IMG/VR virus record: IMGVR_UViG_3300000062_000013
Location: 1 to 37,178 of that record
Direction: 5' to 3' (one strand)
Length of the DNA: 37,178 bases
Origin: a virus
Position numbers and translations under genes: made by a program. Each line of letters starts with the position of its first letter. Position 1 is the stretch's first letter. A model generated the notes under the pieces. It was not told where the DNA came from. It searched no databases and saw only the letters and a list, made by a program, of their open reading frames with translations. Positions 25,498 to 33,949 of the stretch are shown piece by piece.

Positions 25498-26891
25498 AAA
25501 AAACGATTGACGGCGAAGAAATAAATGCGAAATCAAATCCGAATCAATTGGAATTAATACGCCGTGTTATTTTTAATCTTTTAAAGTCTATCATTATTGT
25601 TTATGGCGCAAAAGGTAGCGGCAAGACTATCGGAACATTAAAAGCGTTTGTAACATATATTTTAAAAAAACCGCCTACTGCTACTTATTTGATGTGTGCC
25701 AATACGCTCGGTTCTTTGGAACGCAATTGCCTCATACCGCTTTTATTACTTTACGGTTCCCAAAATATTTCATGGAGTACTTCCGGCAGCGGTAAATGCG
25801 CTAATATTTTTGGAAGAACGGTATGGATTGAGGGCGCTGATAATGCGCGTTCATGGACAAAGATTCAGGGGCTAACGGTTTCCGGTGTTTATGTTGATGA
25901 ATTAACAAACATTGATGAAACCTTTTTTATGATTGCGTTAGGTTCAGCCCGTGCCGATGACGAAAATAAAATATTCTGTACAACTAATCCCGATTATCCG
26001 ACGCATTGGGTTAAAACAAAATTCATAGATAAGCGACATAATCCCGATATGGAAATTGATGTTTTCTTTTTCCCATTAGAGGGCAACGCTTTTTTGCCCG
26101 AAACCGTTAAAAATAGATTGAGGAATCAGTATCAAGGGGTTTATCATGACCGTTTTATTTTAGGGAAATGGGTAGCGGCAGAGGGTGCAGTATATCCGAC
26201 ATTCATAAAAAATAAAAAGAAAATTGTAATTAAGGCTTCTGATATTGATTATTCCAAATATAAATTTTCGACAATCGGCGTAGATATTGGCGGGACCGTT
26301 TCCGGCACAGCGTTTATACATACCGTTTTTTCGCATGACATGAAAAAAATAGGTTTTGTCGGCAATACTTTTTGGAATAAAGAAACCGAAATGCTGGCAG
26401 GTCGGTCGGGTGATACGGATTCCGAAGATTTAAAAGAGCGTTTTATAGCGTTTTTGCATAATGAAAATAAAAAACATCCTGCTGCTGAATGTCGTTTTGA
26501 ATCGGCTGAAACGTATTTAAAAAATACCTGTCAATCGGCTGTTTTTGAATACGGTTTAAGTTTACCTGTTAAAAATGCTATCAAGGGCTCCATTTTAGAA
26601 CGTATTAGATTTTTAAATGGTTTGTTTGCTACTGATAATGTTTTTATAAGCTCGGAATGTACCGATTTAATTGCAGCGTTAGAAAGTGCTGTATGGAATC
26701 CAAAAGAGAGAACCAAAGATGAGCGTTTAGATGACGGTAAAACGTGTAGGGTGGACTTATTAGACGCGGCGGAATATTCTTATGAACCGTTTATGAAAAT
26801 CATTTCCAATGCTAACGGTTTTGATTTTATGAAGAATAAAACTGATTTATACAATAACGAAACATTAAAAAAAGATAGAGCTATGAAATAA
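25494..26891 (+). CDS. Terminase large subunit
   Basis: Walker A VYGAKGSGKT and Walker B GVYVDELT. The C-terminal half is nuclease-like. Sits upstream of the portal gene. Confidence 0.8.
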   Translation: MKKTIDGEEINAKSNPNQLELIRRVIFNLLKSIIIVYGAKGSGKTIGTLKAFVTYILKKPPTATYLMCANTLGSLERNCLIPLLLLYGSQNISWSTSGSGKCANIFGRTVWIEGADNARSWTKIQGLTVSGVYVDELTNIDETFFMIALGSARADDENKIFCTTNPDYPTHWVKTKFIDKRHNPDMEIDVFFFPLEGNAFLPETVKNRLRNQYQGVYHDRFILGKWVAAEGAVYPTFIKNKKKIVIKASDIDYSKYKFSTIGVDIGGTVSGTAFIHTVFSHDMKKIGFVGNTFWNKETEMLAGRSGDTDSEDLKERFIAFLHNENKKHPAAECRFESAETYLKNTCQSAVFEYGLSLPVKNAIKGSILERIRFLNGLFATDNVFISSECTDLIAALESAVWNPKERTKDERLDDGKTCRVDLLDAAEYSYEPFMKIISNANGFDFMKNKTDLYNNETLKKDRAMK

Positions 26892-26907
26892 CCGTTTATA
26901 ATAAACG
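26892..26907. repeat. Palindrome copy P10, CCGTTTATAATAAACG (outer G replaced by A)
   Basis: Starts 1 nt after the terminase TAA and ends 15 nt before the portal ATG. Confidence 0.9.
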
Positions 26908-26921
26908 AAAAAGGCGATACA

Positions 26922-28385
26922 ATGATAACCACAAGCGGAATGAACATAAACGATTTAATTAAAAAAGAATATGCAATACAACCTATTCGGTCAGCCGATT
27001 ATGATAATTTGGTTATTCTTTGGCGCGATTGGTATAAAGGCAAACATTCAACGTTTCATGATGTAAACGTTAGCAGCGGCGTTATTAATTATTCGGACCG
27101 TATCAAACAAATGAATATGGGCAAAAAGATAGCGGAAGCCCGCGCCGATTTAATTATGAATGAAAAAGTAAGAATCAATATCGATGAACGTTTGCAAGAA
27201 GAATTTGAGGCGACCCTTAACGAAAATAATTTTTGGGTAATGGGCAATAGAAGTGTGGAAACGGCAGCGGCTCTCGGTTCTGCCGCATGGGTAATTTATG
27301 AGAAAAATAAAAAGGTATCAATCGACTATATAGACCCCGAAATGATTTATCCACTATCGGTTTATAATGGTAAAATTACCGAATGTGCTTTCGCTAGCGT
27401 TTTTTATGAAAAGGGCAAATCCTATGTTTATTTATGTGCTCATTTTTTGGAAGGCGACGGCTACCGCATTGAAAATAAATATTATGAAGTTTTAAATAAC
27501 AGTATCGGCAAACAGGTCCCTGCTGAAAATTTCAAAGTGGCGCCTGTTGTTAATGTTTCTCAAAAAAGATTCTTCATAGTGTCGCCGAATATCGCAAATA
27601 ATCTTATTGACGGTTCGCCGCTCGGTATTTCTCGTTATGCAAATTCCATTGATACCTTGGAAGTTTTGGATATTATTTTTGATTCGCTTGATAAGGAATT
27701 TATTTTAGGGCGCAAAAGGATTATGGTAGGTTCGGAAACGTTAGCGTATGACGGCAAAAATCCTATCCCGACTTTTAATTTAAGAGAAAAAATATTTAAT
27801 GTGTTTTCGCTATCGGGCAATGAAAATAAATCATTAATTCAAGAAATTGATATGAAATTGAGAACAGGCGACCACGTTGGAGCAATTGAACTTTGTTTAA
27901 ATATGCTGTCGTCCGCTTGCGGTTTAGGCGTGGATTATTTTTCATGGACTAAAAACGGCGGCGTGCGAACTACAACGGAGGTAATCTCTGCCAATAGCGA
28001 TTTATACCGGTCCGTTCAAAAAGATGAAAATCTTTTGGAAATCGAATTGAAGGGACTTATTAACGCGATTTATGAAATTAAAGGTTGGTCGATTGATACC
28101 GAAATTAAAATTATTTGGGATGATTCGATTATTCAAGATGAAAACGCACGCAGAACCGATTTATTAAGAGAAGTTCAAAACGGAATCCGTAGCCCGATAT
28201 CGTATTTAATGGAAGTGTATAATATGACAGCAGAGGACGCTGCTTTAATATTGCCTACTTCGGATGTTAATGCTTTTTTGGAAACTGTAAAAAAGGCAAT
28301 GAGTGAAAAACCTTTACCCGATGATGAAACCGAAATTGAAAAAGAAGATGAAATTAAAACCGATGATTCTCTTATTATCGAATAA
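26922..28385 (+). CDS. Portal protein (SPP1-type size and position)
   Basis: 487-aa ORF between the terminase and the head-morphogenesis gene. Acidic C-terminal tail. Confidence 0.7.
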   Translation: MITTSGMNINDLIKKEYAIQPIRSADYDNLVILWRDWYKGKHSTFHDVNVSSGVINYSDRIKQMNMGKKIAEARADLIMNEKVRINIDERLQEEFEATLNENNFWVMGNRSVETAAALGSAAWVIYEKNKKVSIDYIDPEMIYPLSVYNGKITECAFASVFYEKGKSYVYLCAHFLEGDGYRIENKYYEVLNNSIGKQVPAENFKVAPVVNVSQKRFFIVSPNIANNLIDGSPLGISRYANSIDTLEVLDIIFDSLDKEFILGRKRIMVGSETLAYDGKNPIPTFNLREKIFNVFSLSGNENKSLIQEIDMKLRTGDHVGAIELCLNMLSSACGLGVDYFSWTKNGGVRTTTEVISANSDLYRSVQKDENLLEIELKGLINAIYEIKGWSIDTEIKIIWDDSIIQDENARRTDLLREVQNGIRSPISYLMEVYNMTAEDAALILPTSDVNAFLETVKKAMSEKPLPDDETEIEKEDEIKTDDSLIIE

Positions 28386-28406
28386 TTTAATTTTACAGGT
28401 TAAATT

Positions 28407-29177
28407 ATGTCCCCTGGTTTAGAATTTTACGATTTGACCGTTCAGGCAGAAATTTATGATGTCATTGCCGATATTGAAAATGGTATGCTTATGAATATTG
28501 GAAAAGTATTTAGAAGCAATAAAAACGATATCGGCAGCGTTCAATGGGAAATAGAAAAATTATCAATGGCGGGCAGACTTACGCGGTCAAATTTAAATGT
28601 GATAGCGGCAAACGCTGACAGGTCCTATAAAGCTATTGAAAAAGAATTTATCGCTATGGGGCATACTGTTATAAAAAATAATACAGCTTTATTAAAAAAT
28701 ACCGTATCAGTCGGTAATATGCAAGCTGTGGATAATATCGCAAAAGCGTATGCGAAAAACGCGTACAGCGGCGTTAATTTATCCAATACGGCGGCATTAC
28801 AGGCTGCCAATCGCGAATTTATAAACGTTGTAAATAAAACTGTCGTTTCGGTATCTCGCGACATTGTAACACCGCAAGAAGCTTTAAAACAGGCATTAAG
28901 CGACTTAGGCGGTAGCGGTTTAAAAATTGATTATGTAAGTGAAAGTGGGCGACGCACTAGCACTACTTTGGATGTTGCCGTTAGGCGTGATATAAGAACG
29001 ACATCGGCACAGGTTAGTCGTGAAATTCAACTTTCCAAAAATGAAGAATGGGGGGTTGATTTAATTGAAATTTCCAGTCATTACGGAGCCCGTCCGAAAT
29101 GTGAAGAATGCCAAGGGAAAATATATTCGCTATCGGGACAATCTACAAAATACCCAGCGTTTTCAGAATCGACATAG
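28407..29177 (+). CDS. Minor capsid / head-morphogenesis protein (Phage_min_cap2 / SPP1 gp7-like), N-terminal part ending at an in-frame TAG
   Basis: Sits directly after the portal gene. Ends ...SSHYGARPKCEECQGKIYSLSGQSTKYPAFSEST then TAG at 29175..29177. The conserved block continues in the same frame downstream. Confidence 0.7.
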   Translation: MSPGLEFYDLTVQAEIYDVIADIENGMLMNIGKVFRSNKNDIGSVQWEIEKLSMAGRLTRSNLNVIAANADRSYKAIEKEFIAMGHTVIKNNTALLKNTVSVGNMQAVDNIAKAYAKNAYSGVNLSNTAALQAANREFINVVNKTVVSVSRDIVTPQEALKQALSDLGGSGLKIDYVSESGRRTSTTLDVAVRRDIRTTSAQVSREIQLSKNEEWGVDLIEISSHYGARPKCEECQGKIYSLSGQSTKYPAFSEST

Positions 29178-29483
29178 GGCGAACCCGATGGGCTTTTCGG
29201 TATCAATTGCAGGCATACATTTTATCCGTTTGTGGACGGCGTTAGCTCGCAACGTAATTTTCCGGTAGATGAAGAAGAAAACAAACGTATTTATGCTGAA
29301 AGTCAAATGCAGCGCTCGCTTGAGCGTGATATTCGTTCTGCAAAGCGTGAAGAATTAACTTTGAAGGCTGCCGGCATTGATTCATCGGCGGCTCATCAAC
29401 GCGTAAAAGAAACACAGGCGGATATGCGCAAATTTGTAAATGAAACAGGGCGAACCCGTGAACGGACCCGCGAATTAATTTAA
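29178..29483 (+). CDS. C-terminal continuation of the minor capsid / head-morphogenesis protein (ORF track lists 29232..29483 from a GTG)
   Basis: Same frame as 28407..29177 with no further stop. 29178 onward reads GEPDGLFGINCRHTFYPFVDGVSSQRNFP. This is the conserved GLxGxNCRH core of the family, and it lies upstream of any possible start codon. Confidence 0.65.
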   Translation, partial: GEPDGLFGINCRHTFYPFVDGVSSQRNFPVDEEENKRIYAESQMQRSLERDIRSAKREELTLKAAGIDSSAAHQRVKETQADMRKFVNETGRTRERTRELI

Positions 29484-29495
29484 TTCTTTTTTTTT
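29472..29495 (+). terminator. AT-rich hairpin plus T9 after the head-morphogenesis gene
   Basis: GAATTAA-T-TTAATTC (29472..29486) overlaps the TAA and is followed by T9 (29487..29495). The stem is weak, almost all A/T. Confidence 0.35.
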
Positions 29496-29501
29496 GGTTG
29501 T

Positions 29502-29517
29502 CGTTTATAATAAACGG
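29502..29517. repeat. Palindrome copy P11, CGTTTATAATAAACGG (outer C replaced by T)
   Basis: Lies downstream of the head-morphogenesis stop and the T9 run. Confidence 0.9.
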
Positions 29518-29574
29518 CATACCGATTTTATACAATTTTATACTAAATCGTATAATATCATTTAATTTTATTTT

Positions 29575-29602
29575 AAATCATAATAAATCATTTTAAATCA
29601 TG
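29575..29602 (+). promoter_or_regulatory. 28-nt AAATCAT x3 element (copy 2)
   Basis: AAATCATAATAAATCATTTTAAATCATG lies 135 nt upstream of the scaffold ATG. A TATAAT sits at 29551..29556. Confidence 0.5.
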
Positions 29603-29737
29603 TCGCCCGTTTACGATATTTTTATATAGTCAGAAAATTATTAGTTTATAAGCGTAACGTAAACGCATAAATTACGGCATAGCGGAATATGACCCGCTTT
29701 AAAAATCATAGACAATCAAACATAAGGATTTAAAACA

Positions 29738-30349
29738 ATGGCAGAACCTCAACCACCACAACCCCCAGAACCGCCTAAACCACCTCAACCGCCCGAACCT
29801 CCGGCACCGCCTAAACCACCTCAACCGCCCGAACCTCCGGCACCGCCAGAGCCACCTCAACCGCCCGAACCCGAAAAAAAATCATATTCGCAAGCTGAGC
29901 TTGACGCAATGGTTGAAAGGGGAAAAGCGCAAGAACGCAAAAAGTTTGAAAAAAACCAATTGCCAGAGGACCAATTAAAGAAATTCCAAGAGTGGCAAAA
30001 GACACAAAAGACACCCGAAGAATTGAAAGCGGAAGAACTCATGCAGAAAACGCAAGCCGAAAATGATTTGAAAAAGAAATCGTTGGACCTTGACCGTAAA
30101 ATTGCATTAATTGATTTGGGCATTACGGACAAAGACAACCGTATATTAATTTCTGTTTTGGCAGAAAGAGAAATGAAAGCAGGCGATGACGAAGAAGCCT
30201 TTAATAAATATGCGGCTGCTGCGTGGGAAAAGTTCAAAGACAAACTCGGCGATGACAAACTGGCAAGCGGACAAGGACAAGGGAGAAAAGTTCCGCCCGC
30301 TGCCGATACCAGAACCGATACACATAATAAACTTTATCCGAAAAAATAA
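29738..30349 (+). CDS. Scaffolding protein (DUF4355-like) with N-terminal proline-rich repeat
   Basis: Sits immediately before the major capsid gene. Charged, helical K/E-rich body. N-terminal PQPPEPPxPP repeats are encoded by a 36-bp tandem repeat. Confidence 0.6.
   Translation: MAEPQPPQPPEPPKPPQPPEPPAPPKPPQPPEPPAPPEPPQPPEPEKKSYSQAELDAMVERGKAQERKKFEKNQLPEDQLKKFQEWQKTQKTPEELKAEELMQKTQAENDLKKKSLDLDRKIALIDLGITDKDNRILISVLAEREMKAGDDEEAFNKYAAAAWEKFKDKLGDDKLASGQGQGRKVPPAADTRTDTHNKLYPKK
29771..29872 (+). repeat. 36-bp tandem repeat, 2.8 copies, encoding PPKPPQPPEPPA
   Basis: 29771..29806 and 29807..29842 are identical. A diverged partial third unit runs to 29872. Lies inside the scaffold gene. Confidence 0.9.
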
Positions 30350-30357
30350 TTTAATTT

Positions 30358-30375
30358 AAAAATCAGTAGGTGAAG
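30358..30375 (+). promoter_or_regulatory. Shared translation-initiation region AAAAATCAGTAGGTGAAG (capsid gene)
   Basis: Identical 18-mer at 33383..33400. In both cases it ends exactly 5 nt before the ATG. Confidence 0.7.
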
Positions 30376-30380
30376 CATAA

Positions 30381-31346
30381 ATGGTATTAACATTAGCACA
30401 AGTAAAACCGTTATCACAGGACAAATTAACAAATGATGTTATTGATGAGTTCCGCAAATCGCCGCTCCTTGACATGATGACGTTTGACAACAACGCAAAA
30501 GCCCAAGGCGGTCGCTCGTTTACATATTCGTACAATCGAATGAAAACGCTGCCCCTCGCCGCTCAAAGAGAATTGAATGCGGAATATTCCAGACAAGAAG
30601 CCGACACCGAAGCCGTTACAGTCGATTTAAAGATTTTTGGCGGTAAATTCGCTATCGACAGAGCTTTGCAGGCAAATGAATGGCAGGTTGTTGATTTATT
30701 CAATTTCCAAATGCTCCAAAAAACACAGGCGGCAAGGGCTTTGTTTAATCAGTATTGTATCATCGGCGACAAATCAGTTACAGGCGGCGGTTTCGACGGT
30801 TTGGACAAAATCGTCAGCGGCACAAGTACGGATTATGTACCGTCTGCAACAATTGATATTTCGACGGCTTCTGCTATCGATACGAATGCAACACAATTAA
30901 GTTTTGCTGTTCGGCAGGCAATCTCCAAAATGGATTCCACACCCGATTTTATGATTGTAAACAGAGAGCTTTATGCCTGTTTGCAGTCTGTCGCTGACAA
31001 ATTGACCGGCTTTAATGTTACCAAAACGGCAACAGCTGACGGCATCGGTCAAGAAATTTTGACATGGGGCGGAATGCGTATTTTGGAAATGGGCGACAAA
31101 ATGGGTACAAGCGACCCGATTATCCCGATTGACAACGGAACAGGCGAAACATCTGCTTATTTCGTTCGCATGGGACTTGACGGTTTCCACGGAATCACAC
31201 CCGAGGGTAACACGCTCATTAAAACGTACTTCCCCGACATGACTGCCCCCGGCGCTGTAAAAGAAGGTGAAGTTGAATTTGTCGGTGCTGTTGCAGTAAA
31301 AGCGACAAGAGCAGCCGGAAAAATCAGTGGTATCAAGGTAATTTAA
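30381..31346 (+). CDS. Major capsid protein
   Basis: 321-aa ORF after the scaffold gene. Strong shared translation-initiation region. Followed by a hairpin and T-run. Confidence 0.7.
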   Translation: MVLTLAQVKPLSQDKLTNDVIDEFRKSPLLDMMTFDNNAKAQGGRSFTYSYNRMKTLPLAAQRELNAEYSRQEADTEAVTVDLKIFGGKFAIDRALQANEWQVVDLFNFQMLQKTQAARALFNQYCIIGDKSVTGGGFDGLDKIVSGTSTDYVPSATIDISTASAIDTNATQLSFAVRQAISKMDSTPDFMIVNRELYACLQSVADKLTGFNVTKTATADGIGQEILTWGGMRILEMGDKMGTSDPIIPIDNGTGETSAYFVRMGLDGFHGITPEGNTLIKTYFPDMTAPGAVKEGEVEFVGAVAVKATRAAGKISGIKVI

Positions 31347-31366
31347 TTACCTTGCTATCTTTTTTT
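31337..31366 (+). terminator. Hairpin and T-run after the major capsid gene (possible partial terminator)
   Basis: GGTAATT-T-AATTACC (31337..31351) overlaps the TAA. T7 at 31360..31366 begins 8 nt after the stem, so the geometry is non-canonical. Confidence 0.3.
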
Positions 31367-31375
31367 GGTGATACC

Positions 31376-31675
31376 ATGACAGAACAATATTTTGAAATCA
31401 CAGCGACAAGAGGCAAAGAACGTCCGCGTACACTTTTGGGTACAGCTGCCGATATTCTCCGTTTTGAAAACAACGGTTACGCGGTAACGAAAAAAGAAAC
31501 GGACGCAATCCCCCCGATTCAAAAAGTCGGTGCTGTCGGTGTTACGATTTCGATATCGGACGAACAGATTAAAGAACTTGCGGAAAGACTTTGTAAAGAA
31601 GTTAAATTGCAATTGTCCGAAGAACCCGAAGCGGAAACCGCTGAAACGCCGGAACCTCCAAAGAAAAATAAATAA
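31376..31675 (+). CDS. Hypothetical head-associated protein
   Basis: ATG at 31376 (MTEQYFEI); the ORF track starts at an upstream TTG (31352). Acidic C-terminus. Confidence 0.5.
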   Translation: MTEQYFEITATRGKERPRTLLGTAADILRFENNGYAVTKKETDAIPPIQKVGAVGVTISISDEQIKELAERLCKEVKLQLSEEPEAETAETPEPPKKNK

Positions 31676-31687
31676 TTTGGTGTTAAA

Positions 31688-32023
31688 ATGGTTCGCTCAA
31701 TACCGGTAAATCTTTTAATTCATTCAGTCGTTTATTATAAACGGATTGGTAAAACCGAATATGAAGAAATTCTTTATGATTCGGGAATTGAATTAAAAAA
31801 GGTAAGAGTAGAACCGAAACACCGAATTATAAAAAACACAGACGGCGACGATTTACAAAGTCAATCAATATTGTTTTATGATTCCGTTAAATCTGTACCG
31901 CGTGATATTGATTTTAATATGAATGATAAAATAACTTTTAACAATAAAGATTATATTATTCTTGCCGTTAATGATTTTTACGATAATAAAAAATTACATC
32001 ATAAAGAAATCGCGTTAGGGTGA
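31688..32023 (+). CDS. Head-tail connector (head-closure/adaptor position)
   Basis: 111-aa ORF with GGTG SD; call rests on synteny. Contains a palindrome copy (31729..31744), translated as VVYYKR. Confidence 0.5.
   Translation: MVRSIPVNLLIHSVVYYKRIGKTEYEEILYDSGIELKKVRVEPKHRIIKNTDGDDLQSQSILFYDSVKSVPRDIDFNMNDKITFNNKDYIILAVNDFYDNKKLHHKEIALG
31729..31744. repeat. Palindrome copy P12, CGTTTATTATAAACGG, inside a CDS
   Basis: Lies within 31688..32023. Confidence 0.9.
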
Positions 32024-32027
32024 AGTT

Positions 32028-32375
32028 ATGCAAATGGTCGGTTTTGATTTAATTGAAAAAAAAATCACAAAGGCGACCGAATACGCAATTGCTATGCTGA
32101 CATCCGATATAATGAAAGATTCAAATGTTTTTATTCCTTTAATCCAAGGACATTTAAGAGATTCAGCGATAACACACACAGCAGGCGTATCAGGGCTAAT
32201 AATCTGGGGCGCTGAATACGCCGCCCGCTTATATTATGGTGTCGATTTTAATTTTACATTAACGGAAAATCCGTTAGCCTCGCCGCTGTGGTTTGAAGTC
32301 GCTAAAAATTATTTCGGCGATACTTGGAACGAAAAATTTAATGGATATTTTAATGAATATTTAAGAAATAATTAA
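32028..32375 (+). CDS. Minor capsid / head-tail joining protein (HK97 gp10-like position)
   Basis: 115-aa ORF. YAARLYYG ... NPLASPLWFEVAKN resembles the minor-capsid family of lactococcal-type phages as I recall it. Confidence 0.5.
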   Translation: MQMVGFDLIEKKITKATEYAIAMLTSDIMKDSNVFIPLIQGHLRDSAITHTAGVSGLIIWGAEYAARLYYGVDFNFTLTENPLASPLWFEVAKNYFGDTWNEKFNGYFNEYLRNN

Positions 32376-32400
32376 ATCGTTATGAGGAGAATTTAACAGA

Positions 32401-32925
32401 ATGGATAATTTAATAGGTTATGTTTTTGGAAACAATTTATCAAGTCCGCTTACAGTAGCGGCAGCTTGGTTATTTGGTTTCATTGGAACATTCATCGGCT
32501 TTTGTTTCGGTAATTGGTGGGGGCTCATCATCATTCTTTTATTTTTGATGTTTGCCGATACCATTATTGGAATTGCAGCAGCTCGGAAATTGGGCGAACC
32601 CGTAACAAGCGAAACATTTTGGGAAAAATTCTTTTGGCATAAAGTCATCGGATACGGTTTTGCTATTGGAATTGCGGTTTGTTTTGATAAATTTATTTTG
32701 GTTTATCTGACAAACGGTATTGATTTGATTTCGTTTGTTAATTGGATTCCGTTTGCGGACGAAATTGTCGCGTTCCTCATTACTGTTATTATGGTTTCTT
32801 GGTTAATTTTTAAAGAAACATGGTCCGTTATTGAGAATTTATCAATTATTGATTCCAAAATAATTCCGTCGCCTATCAAAAAGGCAGTATTAAAAATGAT
32901 GGGTATATTTAACCCCGAAGATTAA
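32401..32925 (+). CDS. Holin-family membrane protein (Phage_holin_4_1 / TcdE-like)
   Basis: Several hydrophobic helices. MFADTIIGIAAARKLGEPVTSETF parallels the DT(I/L)xGxxxAxK..S motif of this holin family. The C-terminal ETWSVIENLSII..IPSPIKK parallels its E.xSIxEN...P motif. Confidence 0.6.
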   Translation: MDNLIGYVFGNNLSSPLTVAAAWLFGFIGTFIGFCFGNWWGLIIILLFLMFADTIIGIAAARKLGEPVTSETFWEKFFWHKVIGYGFAIGIAVCFDKFILVYLTNGIDLISFVNWIPFADEIVAFLITVIMVSWLIFKETWSVIENLSIIDSKIIPSPIKKAVLKMMGIFNPED

Positions 32926-32947
32926 AAACATTAACAGGCGATTTTAA

Positions 32948-33376
32948 ATGGGTTGGAAAGAAGATTTAGACATAGAAATGCGGAAAACTTGCAACAGGAT
33001 TTTAAATAATGGAATCGCTGTCGGAGAACGGTATGATAAAGATACAGCTGTTTCTATGATTTCGCAAATCACATCTACCAAACCCGATTTACAGGGTCAT
33101 TCTGGCGTTGGTGCTCTTCTATTTGTTTTTTTGGCAAATGTAAATACAATTAAGGACGCAAGCGAATTAACGGTATTGCATGACGATTTTGTTATAAATC
33201 GAAATGTCCAAAAAATAAAAGGAATAGCGGAAAACGGAATTAGTTGGCAAATTTTTAATTTTCAATCGCGGGAACCGACTGTTTATATGGGGTTATCCGA
33301 TGACGGAAAAAAGAGAATTTATAGAATGACTATGACAGCCAATTATGCTTATAGTAAAAGTCCTAAATTAATTTAA
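32948..33376 (+). CDS. Tail completion / terminator-position protein
   Basis: 142-aa ORF immediately upstream of the major tail gene. Call rests on synteny only. Confidence 0.45.
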   Translation: MGWKEDLDIEMRKTCNRILNNGIAVGERYDKDTAVSMISQITSTKPDLQGHSGVGALLFVFLANVNTIKDASELTVLHDDFVINRNVQKIKGIAENGISWQIFNFQSREPTVYMGLSDDGKKRIYRMTMTANYAYSKSPKLI

Positions 33377-33382
33377 TAATTA

Positions 33383-33400
33383 AAAAATCAGTAGGTGAAG
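33383..33400 (+). promoter_or_regulatory. Shared translation-initiation region AAAAATCAGTAGGTGAAG (major tail gene)
   Basis: See 30358..30375. Confidence 0.7.
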
Positions 33401-33405
33401 AACTC

Positions 33406-33900
33406 ATGCCTCAAAACATAAACAGTTATGCGGAACAGGATAAAGATTTTATTCTGAATTGGAAAGCAGGTTTTGAATTTGATTTAAACAAAACAGGCAG
33501 CTTGCGAGATTATACAAAACTCGGCGGAATTAATACGGTTACGCCAAATCATGAAGCGATTATTCAAAGCACCACTTTTTACAATGCGGGCGGAACTCCT
33601 CATGATGAAGTTACCGGTAACCGATACCAATTTACTATTGCCGGATGGCGTGATAAATTGGATGAAGGACAGCAAGAATTATTCACAGCCGCCCGCCTCA
33701 AAGCGACAGGGAACGCCTGTATTATGTACGTCAAGGTAACAACCGAAACGGTCATTTATGAAGGCTTGGCGACTGTTTACGGCTCCTTTGACAGGCTCGG
33801 CGACGCTCCCAATATTTCGCCGTTTGAATTGACGGTTGTTTATTCGGGACTTCCGGAAATTATCGATACTCCGGCTTCGGAATTTGCTCCGGCACCTTAA
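33406..33900 (+). CDS. Major tail protein
   Basis: 164-aa ORF carrying the same 18-nt initiation region as the capsid gene. Sits upstream of the chaperone and tape-measure genes. Followed by a 10-bp-stem hairpin. Confidence 0.65.
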   Translation: MPQNINSYAEQDKDFILNWKAGFEFDLNKTGSLRDYTKLGGINTVTPNHEAIIQSTTFYNAGGTPHDEVTGNRYQFTIAGWRDKLDEGQQELFTAARLKATGNACIMYVKVTTETVIYEGLATVYGSFDRLGDAPNISPFELTVVYSGLPEIIDTPASEFAPAP

Positions 33901-33916
33901 TTTATCATTTGATTTT

Positions 33917-33940
33917 GACGGTTTGATATCTCAAACCGTC
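33917..33940 (+). terminator. Strong hairpin after the major tail gene (no T-run; terminator or 3'-stabiliser)
   Basis: GACGGTTTGA-tatc-TCAAACCGTC, a perfect 10-bp stem 17 nt after the TAA at 33898..33900. Confidence 0.45.
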
Positions 33941-33949
33941 ATATCTTAA

